Positions 1-9,023 are shown, numbered from the stretch's first letter. The stretch: 36,167 nt of DNA from Candidatus Pacearchaeota archaeon (GCA_041679005.1 JBAYNB010000002.1:1-36167); one strand, 5' to 3'. Notes: generated by a model not told the origin, from the letters alone. Numbers and translations are program-made.

Positions 1-261
1 AAATTAGTGTTATTTTTATATTATGCTTCATGTATCTCTGACAACCTAACGGTCTTCTTAGATGTATCTTTTCCTTGAGTTTGCTTTCATTTCATTCAAG
101 TTAGATATTTCTATTTCTCCTTTTTGTAAGATTTTAAAGTGTGTTTAGTTTTTAAATTGTTTGTGATGAACTATTCTTCAAAACTTAAACTCTAACTTCC
201 TAGCTTACTCTATAAAATAATTCTTATTATCTGATTTACAAATTATAAATAATCAAAAAAA

Positions 262-286
262 CTTGAGTTGGCGAAAGCCACTCAAG
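262..286 (+). other. GNRA(GAAA)-capped 10-bp hairpin in a 398-nt non-coding stretch
   Basis: cttgag(t)tggc GAAA gccactcaag. It is relatively GC-rich compared with its AT-rich surroundings. Confidence 0.3.
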
Positions 287-398
287 GTTAAGGGAGGTAT
301 TAGAACTTTAATCTTTAAACAAAATATAATTCTAAGAGAATAAATTGTATTTTGTTTAGTATAATAAACCTTAAAAACAGAATAAGGGTTATTTTTAT

Positions 399-959
399 AT
401 GCAAGTTTTAGAAAAAAAGAAGGAAGAAGTTGAAGCAAAGGCTAATAAAATGTCTGATTTTGTAAAAATGGAATATTTGGAATCTTGTTTAAAAACCATT
501 CCAGACCTTAGTGTAGCTAAATATTGTTATAAACAACTTGCTGAATTATATGAAAAAAAACTAATGTATACAGAAGCTTCTAAATATATGACAAGATTTG
601 GAGAATCGTGTGTTGGTGCAAAAGAGAAGATAGCAGCAATTATCAAAGAGGCAGAATTATTAATTAAAGCAGGTCAATATGACCCTGCAGGATATTTGTA
701 TACTAAAGCAATGACTCTTGCAGATGCTTCTGGTAAATTTGAGATAAAAAGAAATATGATTTTAACTTATAAAAAAGAAGCAGAGCTTTTAGAAAAATCA
801 AACAGAAGCACAGCAGCATTAAAGATATATGAAAAGATTATTAATTATGTTTTAGATGCTGAAAAAATTGAGATGAAACGAAAAATGCTTAAGTTATACC
901 AAAATTTAGGGAGAATAACTGATTATCTTAAGTTAAAGAGTGAGCTGGAAAAGATATAA
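399..959 (+). CDS. hypothetical protein, helical TPR-like repeat
   Basis: 186-aa ORF with helical-repeat style segments (AKYCYKQLAELYEKKLMYTEASKYM, AGQYDPAGYLYTKAMTLAD, ALKIYEKIINYV). I recognise no catalytic motif. Confidence 0.5.
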   Translation: MQVLEKKKEEVEAKANKMSDFVKMEYLESCLKTIPDLSVAKYCYKQLAELYEKKLMYTEASKYMTRFGESCVGAKEKIAAIIKEAELLIKAGQYDPAGYLYTKAMTLADASGKFEIKRNMILTYKKEAELLEKSNRSTAALKIYEKIINYVLDAEKIEMKRKMLKLYQNLGRITDYLKLKSELEKI

Positions 960-978
960 TTTATTTTATTTTGAGAGT

Positions 979-1434
979 TTAGTTTGTTTCTTCAAGAGCT
1001 TTAATTGCATAATATTTTATATGAGGGAGTATAGAAGAATCATTATTAATTTCCTCTTTTGTGAACCATTTGCAATCTTCAGTTATTTCTGTTTTTGAAA
1101 GTATTAATTTGTCAGTATTAGATTTGACAAAATAAACAAGAGTTACATGTTCATGATTTTCATTAATTTTATGCCTATTTAAAAATCTTGGGGTCATTAA
1201 TTCTTTATAATCTTTGATTGAAGAATTAAAATTAGGCTCGGGTATTTTTATATCTAATCCAACTTCTTCTTTAACTTCTCTAATTGCTGCTTGGACAGGA
1301 TCTTCATCTAACTCTATATGTCCGCCAACACTAAGCCATTTCTTCAACTTATCATGAATTCTAAGAAGAACTTTATTATTATGAACAATAAAAACTTCTA
1401 TTGTAAAATCTATCTTATCATGAATATGTGGCAT
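979..1434 (-). CDS. NUDIX hydrolase
   Basis: Nudix box GGHIELDEDPVQAAIREVKEEVGL fits GX5EX7REUXEEXGU. The 151-aa size is typical. Confidence 0.85.
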   Translation of the reverse strand: MPHIHDKIDFTIEVFIVHNNKVLLRIHDKLKKWLSVGGHIELDEDPVQAAIREVKEEVGLDIKIPEPNFNSSIKDYKELMTPRFLNRHKINENHEHVTLVYFVKSNTDKLILSKTEITEDCKWFTKEEINNDSSILPHIKYYAIKALEETN

Positions 1435-1479
1435 AATATCAAGTTAGTTTTACAATATTTAATAATATCGGTAATAGAA

Positions 1480-3369
1480 TTATCTCAATCTAATCGTCTC
1501 TAAATTCTTTGGAACATTAGTCTCTATATGATGTAACTTATATATGCTTGATGCTAAATCTAAACATTTACTTTGCTCCCCATGATTTATAATAATTTTA
1601 TTTGCTCTTGGTTGAGTTCTGTTTGCGAATTCTAAAAGTTCGGTTCTTCCTGCATGTGCAGTAAATCCTTCAATTGTTACAACATCCATATTTACAGCAA
1701 TTAATTCGTCTTTTCCTTCATTATTCATTTGTATTGTTTTAACCCCTTCTTGAATTTGTCTTCCTAATGAACCTGGTCCTTGATAACAAACAAAACAAAT
1801 TTTATTGTTTTTACTTTGTGCAAAATGTCTTAAGTATTCTACAGATGCTCCTCCAACCAACATACCTGATGTTGCAAGTACAACACAAGGTCCTCCCTCA
1901 ATAACCTGTTTTCTTTCTGTTGGAGAACCTACTCTCTTGAAAATCTCTGAAACAAACGGATTATTATCTTGGAATACTTCATTTCTTACACTTACATTTA
2001 GGAAATCAGGATAAGCAGTATGAATTCCATTAATATCCCAAATCATTCCATCAATATAAATAGGCACTTTAGGTAAAAGGTCTTTTCTCATTGCTTCTTC
2101 TAAAACAAGCATAGTTTCTTGTGCTCTTCCTAATCCTAACTCAGGGATTAAAACTTTTCCACCTTTCTCAATAGTTTCTTTAATTGTATTAATAATCTGG
2201 TCTTCTGATACTTTTCTCTCAGGAAGAACATTTTCTCTTCCACCATAGGTTGATTCTATAATCATTGTTTCTAATCTTGGAAAATTTGAAACTGCTCTGT
2301 CTAATAATCTTGTTTTCATAAATTTCATATCTGCAGTATAAAGAAGGTTATGTGCACCATTTCCAATATTCATATGAACCATTGCACTTCCCAAAGTATG
2401 ACCTGAATTATAAAAAGTTATTCTTATATCAGGAGCAATATCTGAAACTTCATTAAAATCAAGGCAAATGGTATGTTTGACCATTTCTTTTACATCTGTT
2501 GAAGAGAATAATGGTGTTGCTGCTTGTTTATATGCAACCCCAATAAAATCCAGTGCAAGCAAAGCAGCAGTATCTCTTGTAGGAGCAGTCATGTAAACTG
2601 GTCCATCATATCCCATTTTAAATAAATAAGGAATAAGTCCTGAATGATCAAGGTGAGCATGACTTAAAATAATTGCATCAAGTTCTTGGATTTTAAACTC
2701 ACTAACATCAAGATATGGGAATTTTTCTTTTCCTTTTCCTGCAACATTAATCCCACAATCTAAAAGAACTTTTGTTTGAGGGGTTTGCAAAAGAATACAG
2801 CTTCTCCCAACCTGCCTTCCTCCTCCTAAAAAACTAACTCTAATCCATTCCTCAACTTTTTCAGGGTTCCATTCTTTGTAAATTTTCTTTCCAACAGCAT
2901 TAAGGAATTTTTTTCTTGAATTATTATTTTGATATAAAACTGCCCTTATATTTTCAGTTATTTTAGATTTAATTGCAGGACTTCTCTGAACCTGCGGTGT
3001 CCAAAGAGATTTATCTTTAATTTCTTTTAATATTAATCCTGCCTTTCCAATAACTAATCCAGGACGTTTAGCTTCAATTACTACAATGCTTCTTTGAGGG
3101 TCGAATAAAGATTCTGTAAGACCTGCATCTTCAGGAACTGTTTCTTTAATTATTTTTTCAGTTTCTTCTTGTGATTTTAATAGCATTGGATCTGCTCTCA
3201 ATTCAATTCTTTTTTTAAACTGATTAACTAACTCTTTAATCTTTCCATCATTATTTCTAAAAAAATCTATATCATCTGTGTAAAGAACTATATTTGCTCC
3301 TTCAAAGTTTGCACTAGTAATTATTTTTGGTAGTTCTTTTTGAATATCTTTTAGAATATCTGTTGACAT
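1480..3369 (-). CDS. fttA: aCPSF1-type beta-CASP ribonuclease with N-terminal KH domains (archaeal transcription termination / 3'-end factor)
   Basis: 629 aa. KH-like GxxG segment (RPGLVIGKAGLILKEI), metallo-beta-lactamase motif ILSHAHLDHSG, and a beta-CASP C-terminal half. It sits next to the proteasome beta subunit, as in many archaea. Confidence 0.88.
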   Translation of the reverse strand: MSTDILKDIQKELPKIITSANFEGANIVLYTDDIDFFRNNDGKIKELVNQFKKRIELRADPMLLKSQEETEKIIKETVPEDAGLTESLFDPQRSIVVIEAKRPGLVIGKAGLILKEIKDKSLWTPQVQRSPAIKSKITENIRAVLYQNNNSRKKFLNAVGKKIYKEWNPEKVEEWIRVSFLGGGRQVGRSCILLQTPQTKVLLDCGINVAGKGKEKFPYLDVSEFKIQELDAIILSHAHLDHSGLIPYLFKMGYDGPVYMTAPTRDTAALLALDFIGVAYKQAATPLFSSTDVKEMVKHTICLDFNEVSDIAPDIRITFYNSGHTLGSAMVHMNIGNGAHNLLYTADMKFMKTRLLDRAVSNFPRLETMIIESTYGGRENVLPERKVSEDQIINTIKETIEKGGKVLIPELGLGRAQETMLVLEEAMRKDLLPKVPIYIDGMIWDINGIHTAYPDFLNVSVRNEVFQDNNPFVSEIFKRVGSPTERKQVIEGGPCVVLATSGMLVGGASVEYLRHFAQSKNNKICFVCYQGPGSLGRQIQEGVKTIQMNNEGKDELIAVNMDVVTIEGFTAHAGRTELLEFANRTQPRANKIIINHGEQSKCLDLASSIYKLHHIETNVPKNLETIRLR

Positions 3370-3416
3370 TTTCCTTTCAATTATAAAATTAATTTATCCC
3401 CTTTTACTTTTTATTT

Positions 3417-4079
3417 TTATTCTTTATTTCTGTATTCTGCTAAAATTTCCTGCTTAACAACATGATTTATTCCATCTTTTGTTATTGTGAATACATCAAT
3501 TCCAGAACCGCTTCCAACATCTCTCTGAGTTGAAGATTTTATTGCTTCAACAGCAAGACTAGTTGCTTCTTCTACAGTCATATTTTCTTTATATTGTCTT
3601 TCAAGCAATCCTAAAACAAAAGGCATTCCAGAACCAAAATTAGCATCATAATCTTCTACTTTCATTGCAGTTCCTGCTGGTTCTATTGTGTAAAGTTCTG
3701 TTGTTCCGTCTTCATTAAATCCAGCAACAAGCGTACCAACAATACTTGCAATCATTGAGGGTTGTCTTATGTTTTGATAAGTAACCATTCCAATTAGATT
3801 TGCTGCTTCTTTTACAGTTGGTCTTTTTTTAGATTTTAATTCTTTTAATTTTAATTGTGCTGCAATTACTTTTTTTTGCATTTCTATATCTGAAGCGTTT
3901 CCTGTTCCAGACATCACAAGATAATCATTTATCTGAACTGCTTTCTTAGTATTTTTACTTAAAATAAGATTTCCTGCAGTAGCTCTTCTGTCTGAAGCCA
4001 TAACTACTCCATCTTTACAGATAATTCCCAATATAGTTGTTCCTGTTTTAAGAATATTGTTTTTTAATTCAGCATCCAT
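3417..4079 (-). CDS. psmB: proteasome beta subunit
   Basis: Short propeptide followed by TTILGIICKDGVVMASDRRAT (Thr nucleophile context). 220 aa. Confidence 0.9.
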   Translation of the reverse strand: MDAELKNNILKTGTTILGIICKDGVVMASDRRATAGNLILSKNTKKAVQINDYLVMSGTGNASDIEMQKKVIAAQLKLKELKSKKRPTVKEAANLIGMVTYQNIRQPSMIASIVGTLVAGFNEDGTTELYTIEPAGTAMKVEDYDANFGSGMPFVLGLLERQYKENMTVEEATSLAVEAIKSSTQRDVGSGSGIDVFTITKDGINHVVKQEILAEYRNKE

Positions 4080-4099
4080 TTTGTAATTTCCTTTAATCT

Positions 4100-4107
4100 C
4101 TTATAAT
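4100..4107 (-). promoter_or_regulatory. TATA-like box for psmB
   Basis: The minus strand reads ATTATAAG, 20 nt before the ATG at 4079. Confidence 0.4.
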
Positions 4108-4153
4108 CCCCTTAGAACGTATAATGTTTTGTGGGATACGGGGTTTATAAAGT

Positions 4154-4771
4154 TTATGATTGTCGGGTCTTTCTTGAAATTATTAAAATATCTTCATCAG
4201 TTCCTCTTGCTTTTCTTGCTTTGTCAAATGTACTCTTGCTTATTTTCTTAAATCTTGTTGGTTTTATCCCTCCAGAATTATTAACATAAACAGAATCTGC
4301 ATCAAAACCAACTAAAGGAACATAATGCCCCATAAAACCTTCTTTTTCCTGATTTCTGATAATATTCCAGTCAAGTAAAACAACAGGGATAGTTTTTTTG
4401 TTTATAAATGAAAGAAGTTTTCCTAGAGATATAGATTTTTCAACCATAGTTACTTTAAGTTTTTTTGCTTCATCGGCTAATAATTTTAATCCATTAAAAT
4501 CTTCATCTGAATATTTTTTATAAAAGTCTAATTCAAAATTCTCTTTTCTAGGCATAATACTGTTTGTTAAAAGTAAAACTTCATAACCTAACTTTTTAGC
4601 AGTTATAGCAAGCCTTATAGTAGAGATTCCTTTTCCTTCTTTATAACCAAGTTCTTTTTCTAAATCTTGAATAGAAATCTTATTCCCAAAATAAGAAAAA
4701 ATCATTTTTAGAGATGCAGGACCACAATTAGGTCTTCCTTTTTGACTAATTAATGGCAATCTTATTTTCAT
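4154..4771 (-). CDS. stand-alone peptidase C39-like cysteine protease (papain fold)
   Basis: N-terminal QKGRPNCGPASLKMIFSYFGNKISIQDLEKELG matches the C39 Q..CG...l.mi..y.G..i....L pattern. A downstream His/Asp region (MGHYVPLVGFDADSVYVNNS) is present. No signal peptide, TM segment or ABC domain. Confidence 0.7.
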   Translation of the reverse strand: MKIRLPLISQKGRPNCGPASLKMIFSYFGNKISIQDLEKELGYKEGKGISTIRLAITAKKLGYEVLLLTNSIMPRKENFELDFYKKYSDEDFNGLKLLADEAKKLKVTMVEKSISLGKLLSFINKKTIPVVLLDWNIIRNQEKEGFMGHYVPLVGFDADSVYVNNSGGIKPTRFKKISKSTFDKARKARGTDEDILIISRKTRQS

Positions 4772-4791
4772 ATCTTCTTAAAATAGAATGA

Positions 4792-4799
4792 TTATAAAA
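4792..4799 (-). promoter_or_regulatory. TATA-like box for C39-like peptidase gene
   Basis: The minus strand reads TTTTATAA directly after the rad50 stop, 20 nt before the ATG at 4771. This suggests the peptidase has its own promoter. Confidence 0.4.
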
Positions 4800-4801
4800 A
4801 T

Positions 4802-6868
4802 TTATCCTTGAGTAATGTTCTTCTCAACTTTAGTTACTCCACCTTCTTTTGTAAACCTTATTATGTTATCTACAAAACTCTCCATTTTTTGTTCATGACT
4901 TACTAAGATAAGTTGTTCTGCATTAAGCTGACCAAGAACATCTCTCATTTTATCAAGTTGTGAAGCTGAAAAACCATCAGTTGGTTCATCAAGAATAACA
5001 AGATTGCTTGTTTTAATATTACTCAGTATTGAATTTATTACTTGATTCAAAGCAAGCCTGTATGCAAGAGCAATTGCTGTTCTTTCTCCTCCTGAAAGAA
5101 ATGCATAATCTAATTCATAGTCTTGTTGTTCAATGACAGGAGAAAAAGTATCATCAAGTTTTGCAGTCAGTAAATCTGAAACAAGAATAGAGAACCATCT
5201 TGAAAACAAATTTGAAAACTCTTCTTTTAGTGTAGCCATTACTTGTTTTTCTGTAAATAAAATAAGGTTTAGGAATTTTTCAGATATCCAGTATTCTAAT
5301 TCTCTTATTTTTTCTGTTTTTAGTTTAAGCCCTTCTTTTTTAGTTATTTTTTCCTGTTTTTCCTTTATCTGCTGTTCTAAAAATTGAACTTCTTTATTTG
5401 TTTCAGCTTGTTTAATTGCTGTTTTGTTCTCAGTTATTTTTGCTTCCTGCAAATCTTTATTTCTTTGTTCATAAATAAGGTCATATTTTAAAAATTCAAG
5501 TATAGAACTCTCCATAGTTTTGATATGTTTTTCCAGCATTTCCAAATCTTTTTGTATTGAAGACTTTTGAGTTTCTATTTCAAAAATTCTTTCTTGTTTT
5601 TCTTTTAAATTTTCTGATTTTATTTTTAAAAGTTCTAATTCTGATTTTTGTTTTTTAAAGTCTTCGAGAATCTTTTTAACAGAAGAAACTTGTTCGATTA
5701 ATTCATTCTTTTTTAAAGTTAATTCCTCTAGTCTTTTTTGAGTCTCTCTAAATTCTTCTTCTATTTTTCTAAATATAATTCCTTTATAATCATCACTTAC
5801 TTCCTGCAAACAAGTAGGACATTTTTGCAATCTTGAAATTTTAGCTTTTAATTCATCTGTTTCTCTTTTTCTTGATTCCTGGGTTTTGATATTGCTAATA
5901 ATATTTATGTATTCTTTCTGAATTTCGTCATATTTATTCTCATGAAATTTAATTCTTTCATTTAAGGTCTTAAAATCTTCATCATTAAAAGATATTTTCT
6001 TTGCTTCTTCTATCTGAATAACAAGAGTTCTTATATTGTTATTAAGAGTTGCAATTTGTTGCTTTTTCTCAGAAAGAAGAATCATTGTTTTTTCTTTTTC
6101 TGTTTCAAGAATTCTTTTCTCTTCTATCTTTTCTTTAATTTCTTCAAGAGCTTGTTCTTTTTCATGTTTAAAATTAATTGCACTTGCATATTCTTGAGAG
6201 ATTTTACTTTGATTCTGCTTCTGAAAAATAAGAGCTTCTTGTTTTTTACTTAATTCTTCTTTATCTCCTTCTAGATCATAAAACATTCCTTCATTCATTC
6301 GTATTTTTTCCCTTAGCTTTGAGGTTAAAAGTGTTGTATTTTCCTCAATTCTTTTATATTTGTCAATTCCAAAAACATGTCTTAGTGTGTTTAATCTTAA
6401 GTCGCCTGGTTCTAAAATAATTTGTTTCATTTCTTCCTGAGGAGTATATACTGTAAATTTATAAAGAAGATTTGTTTTTTTAGCAAATTCAGAAGGATAA
6501 TTTAATAATTTCAATACTTTACTTTTAATTTCAGTAACACTTCCTTCAAATCTTTCATTATCTATAGTTATTGAGGCAATATCCTGAGAAACTGCTTTTT
6601 TTCCTCTTTTTAGAGAACGTTCTAAAATTATTTCTTTACCATCTATTTCAAATTCAAAAACAACTCTTCCATTTTCTTTACCATTTTTTAAAAGAGAGGT
6701 TGCTTTTTGAGAGGGTTGAAGTCCAAACAAAGCAAATTCAATTGCTAATAAAACTGTTGTTTTCCCTGAACCAATATCTCCTGAAAGAAGGGTTGAGCCC
6801 ATTGGAAAAACTATTTCTTGTTTATTGTAACTTCTTACATTTTCTATTAATAATCTCTTGAGAATCAT
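4802..6868 (-). CDS. rad50: DNA double-strand break repair ATPase Rad50 (short coiled coil)
   Basis: Walker A GDIGSGKTT, zinc hook CPTC (LQKCPTCLQEV) mid coiled-coil, signature FLSGGERTA, Walker B LVILDEPTDGF, H-loop VSHEQ. It lies immediately downstream of mre11. Confidence 0.9.
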   Translation of the reverse strand: MILKRLLIENVRSYNKQEIVFPMGSTLLSGDIGSGKTTVLLAIEFALFGLQPSQKATSLLKNGKENGRVVFEFEIDGKEIILERSLKRGKKAVSQDIASITIDNERFEGSVTEIKSKVLKLLNYPSEFAKKTNLLYKFTVYTPQEEMKQIILEPGDLRLNTLRHVFGIDKYKRIEENTTLLTSKLREKIRMNEGMFYDLEGDKEELSKKQEALIFQKQNQSKISQEYASAINFKHEKEQALEEIKEKIEEKRILETEKEKTMILLSEKKQQIATLNNNIRTLVIQIEEAKKISFNDEDFKTLNERIKFHENKYDEIQKEYINIISNIKTQESRKRETDELKAKISRLQKCPTCLQEVSDDYKGIIFRKIEEEFRETQKRLEELTLKKNELIEQVSSVKKILEDFKKQKSELELLKIKSENLKEKQERIFEIETQKSSIQKDLEMLEKHIKTMESSILEFLKYDLIYEQRNKDLQEAKITENKTAIKQAETNKEVQFLEQQIKEKQEKITKKEGLKLKTEKIRELEYWISEKFLNLILFTEKQVMATLKEEFSNLFSRWFSILVSDLLTAKLDDTFSPVIEQQDYELDYAFLSGGERTAIALAYRLALNQVINSILSNIKTSNLVILDEPTDGFSASQLDKMRDVLGQLNAEQLILVSHEQKMESFVDNIIRFTKEGGVTKVEKNITQG

Positions 6869-6914
6869 CTTTCCCTTCCCGCAATAACCTCTGTATTTAT
6901 TTTAATTTTGATTT

Positions 6915-8111
6915 TCATAAATCTACTCCTAAGACCTTACTTGTTCCTGCCACTAATCTTTGTTCAAAGATTAAACTTTTTTCACCTTCTTGTCTTTCAA
7001 GACTTAGTGCTTCCATTAAAGGAGAAATAAACTCATTTAGATTTGAAGGATTTTCTTTCTCATACTCTTTAACTAAAATCCTTTCTACTTTTTCCATTTC
7101 ATGAGTCTGGAGTTTAATTTGAAGCGGTTCTATTTTTTCAACCTCTAATTTAGAAGTATTTTTTAAAAAACAAAAAACCCCTGTTTTTTCCAGATAATCC
7201 TGAATTTCCTGAAATTTAATATCTGAAGTTTTCCCCTGAGCCAGATTCCCATAAACTTTTAAGAGAACTATCTTATCTTTTAAGTCTCTTTTTTCAAGTT
7301 CAGATAATATTTTTTCAGTTCCTGTTAAAGAATTATCTAATTCTACTTCAACAAGTTCGATATTTTTTAGATTAATCTCTTTTCTTATTATCTTAGTATA
7401 TCCTTCTACATCAATTATGTAAAAACTTCCTACTTTTAATTCTTCAAGTTCTTTAAAATTATTTGGAAAAGTGGGACCGCTATAAATTGCGGGTTTTCCA
7501 TTTATTTCTTTTTCAAAATTAATATGAATATGTCCTAAAGCATAATAATCTGCTTTTGGTAAATCGCATAAATCAATTGATTCTATTGGTAGGTTTTTTG
7601 CAACTTCTTTTATAGTAGTATGAAGCATTAAGATTCTAAAATTGTCTTGATAGGGTTCGTCGATTCTTATTTTTCTTAAGTCTTGAACTTCTAATCCTGA
7701 TTTTTTTCCCGGGTATCCATAGATATGATAAGACTTATGAATTATTGGTTTTAATCTTATTTGTTTGTTCTCTTCAGTTCCTTGTTCTTCAAATTTACAT
7801 ATTTCGCAAAATCCTGCTTTTTCTAAAACTTCTAAAAAAGTTTTTCCTGAAACAGAATAATCATGACTTCCTGCAATTACATAAGATTTTATTCCTGCAT
7901 CTTTTAATTTTCTAAATTCTGAAAATGTTTCTTTTAATATCTCAATTGGAGGGAATGCAGAATCAAATAAATCACCTGTAAAAAGAATAAACTCTACTTG
8001 TTCTTCAATACATGTTTTTATTGCACTTTCAAAAGACCTTATGTTTAATTCTTGTAATTCTGGCTGTCTCCAGCCTCCAAGATGACAATCAGATAAATGT
8101 GCAAATTTCAT
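6915..8111 (-). CDS. mre11: DNA double-strand break repair nuclease Mre11
   Basis: Phosphoesterase motifs HLSDCHLG, GDLFD, GSHD, MLHTT, GHIH. An AAGGAG Shine-Dalgarno lies about 8 nt upstream of the ATG. Confidence 0.9.
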   Translation of the reverse strand: MKFAHLSDCHLGGWRQPELQELNIRSFESAIKTCIEEQVEFILFTGDLFDSAFPPIEILKETFSEFRKLKDAGIKSYVIAGSHDYSVSGKTFLEVLEKAGFCEICKFEEQGTEENKQIRLKPIIHKSYHIYGYPGKKSGLEVQDLRKIRIDEPYQDNFRILMLHTTIKEVAKNLPIESIDLCDLPKADYYALGHIHINFEKEINGKPAIYSGPTFPNNFKELEELKVGSFYIIDVEGYTKIIRKEINLKNIELVEVELDNSLTGTEKILSELEKRDLKDKIVLLKVYGNLAQGKTSDIKFQEIQDYLEKTGVFCFLKNTSKLEVEKIEPLQIKLQTHEMEKVERILVKEYEKENPSNLNEFISPLMEALSLERQEGEKSLIFEQRLVAGTSKVLGVDL

Positions 8112-8205
8112 AGTTATTCTCCTTTTTAAGTCATGTTTTAAGAAAATGCTGGAGATTATAAGGATAATTGTAGTGAAAAGAATATAAAGAGATAAAAGGA
8201 TAAAC

Positions 8206-8397
8206 TTACTTTTTTTTGTCTTTCCAAGTTTTAGATATCTCCATTAAACAATATCTAAATAGCTTAGTAGGAGAGACATTACATTTCTTTAGCCAATCAT
8301 ATTCTTCTTTAGTTACTCTGCATGATACAGTTTTATTTAGCTTTTTTTCAGCTTGCACTTTATTAAGGTCAAAATCTTTAAAAACTTTAGTTTCCAT
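8206..8397 (-). CDS. small ribbon-helix-helix-like DNA-binding protein (putative)
   Basis: 63 aa. KTVSCRVTKEEYDWLKK-CNVSPTKLFRYCLMEI fits a beta-strand/helix/helix RHH layout. It is co-directional with its neighbours. I judge the overlapping plus-strand ORF spurious. Confidence 0.45.
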   Translation of the reverse strand: METKVFKDFDLNKVQAEKKLNKTVSCRVTKEEYDWLKKCNVSPTKLFRYCLMEISKTWKDKKK

Positions 8398-8441
8398 GTA
8401 TTAATTTGTATTACAAATAATTACTTTTTAAATCTTTCTTT

Positions 8442-9023
8442 TTATAATTTAAACTCATACACATACAGTTCTTCAAAAAATAATCTTTTTGAGGATAACA
8501 ATTTCTTGTTGTATCCTAGTTCTTTTGCTTTATTGATAATTATTCTTGGTTGTGAAAGAGATGAGAACAAGAGAAGAATAATCGCATTTGGATTTAAACG
8601 AGGCTTTGCCTGTTCTAAAAAAGCATTAATTATTTCATATCCTTGTTCTCCTGCTGTAGTATTTGGTCTTGAGTCTTTTGGTTCTCTTTTGTCTTCTGGA
8701 AGATAAGGTGCATTAAAAATAATTAAATCAAACTTAGTCTTTGGATTAAGATCTAAAAACAAATCTGTTTTTACTGCTTTAAACCCTTGTTTTTTAAGAT
8801 GGTCAACTGCATAAGGATTTATGTCTGCGCAGATTATATTATCAAATCCTGTTCTTTTGCAGGTTTCTGCCTGAATTCCAGAACCAGAACCCATATCAAG
8901 AATTTTAAAATCTTGAGTAATATTTTTATTTTTATCTCTGTTCTTATTAAGAACTAAAATTAGATATTTTTTTACTTCTTCTGCAAGAAGATAAGAGTCA
9001 TCTGATGGTTGATAGATTTCCAT
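8442..9023 (-). CDS. class I SAM-dependent methyltransferase, HemK/PrmC/Mtq2-like
   Basis: SAM motif I ILDMGSGSGIQ and motif IV IIFNAPYLP (an NPPY variant). The roughly 190-aa size is typical of archaeal Mtq2-like enzymes. Confidence 0.75.
   Translation of the reverse strand: MEIYQPSDDSYLLAEEVKKYLILVLNKNRDKNKNITQDFKILDMGSGSGIQAETCKRTGFDNIICADINPYAVDHLKKQGFKAVKTDLFLDLNPKTKFDLIIFNAPYLPEDKREPKDSRPNTTAGEQGYEIINAFLEQAKPRLNPNAIILLLFSSLSQPRIIINKAKELGYNKKLLSSKRLFFEELYVYEFKL

Noticed and set aside
163-234. Possible C/D-box sRNA, with C box gtgatga at 163..169 and D box ctga at 231..234, about 72 nt apart.
   Set aside because: There are no internal C'/D' boxes at the expected 12-nt guide spacing and no convincing terminal stem. 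Such short motifs are expected by chance.
4108-4151. A second perfect TTTATAAA (4144..4151) plus the GC-rich segment ccccttagaacgtataatgttttgtgggatacgggg upstream of psmB, considered as a possible small RNA gene.
   Set aside because: The predicted TSS would fall inside the putative structure. The proximal ATTATAAG box at the standard 20-nt spacing explains psmB expression, so there is not enough evidence for a separate RNA.
5133-6861. Three plus-strand ORFs of 65-96 aa (5133..5387, 6056..6253, 6571..6861) antisense to rad50.
   Set aside because: They are Phe/Leu/Ser-rich mirror images of the K/E-rich coiled-coil codons of rad50, and I recognise no motifs. They are a typical antisense artefact of low-complexity AT-rich coding sequence.
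8216-8706. Plus-strand ORFs 8216..8404 and 8353..8706.
   Set aside because: They overlap the better-supported minus-strand RHH-like gene and the methyltransferase gene, which has clear SAM motifs. Their composition is hydrophobic junk.
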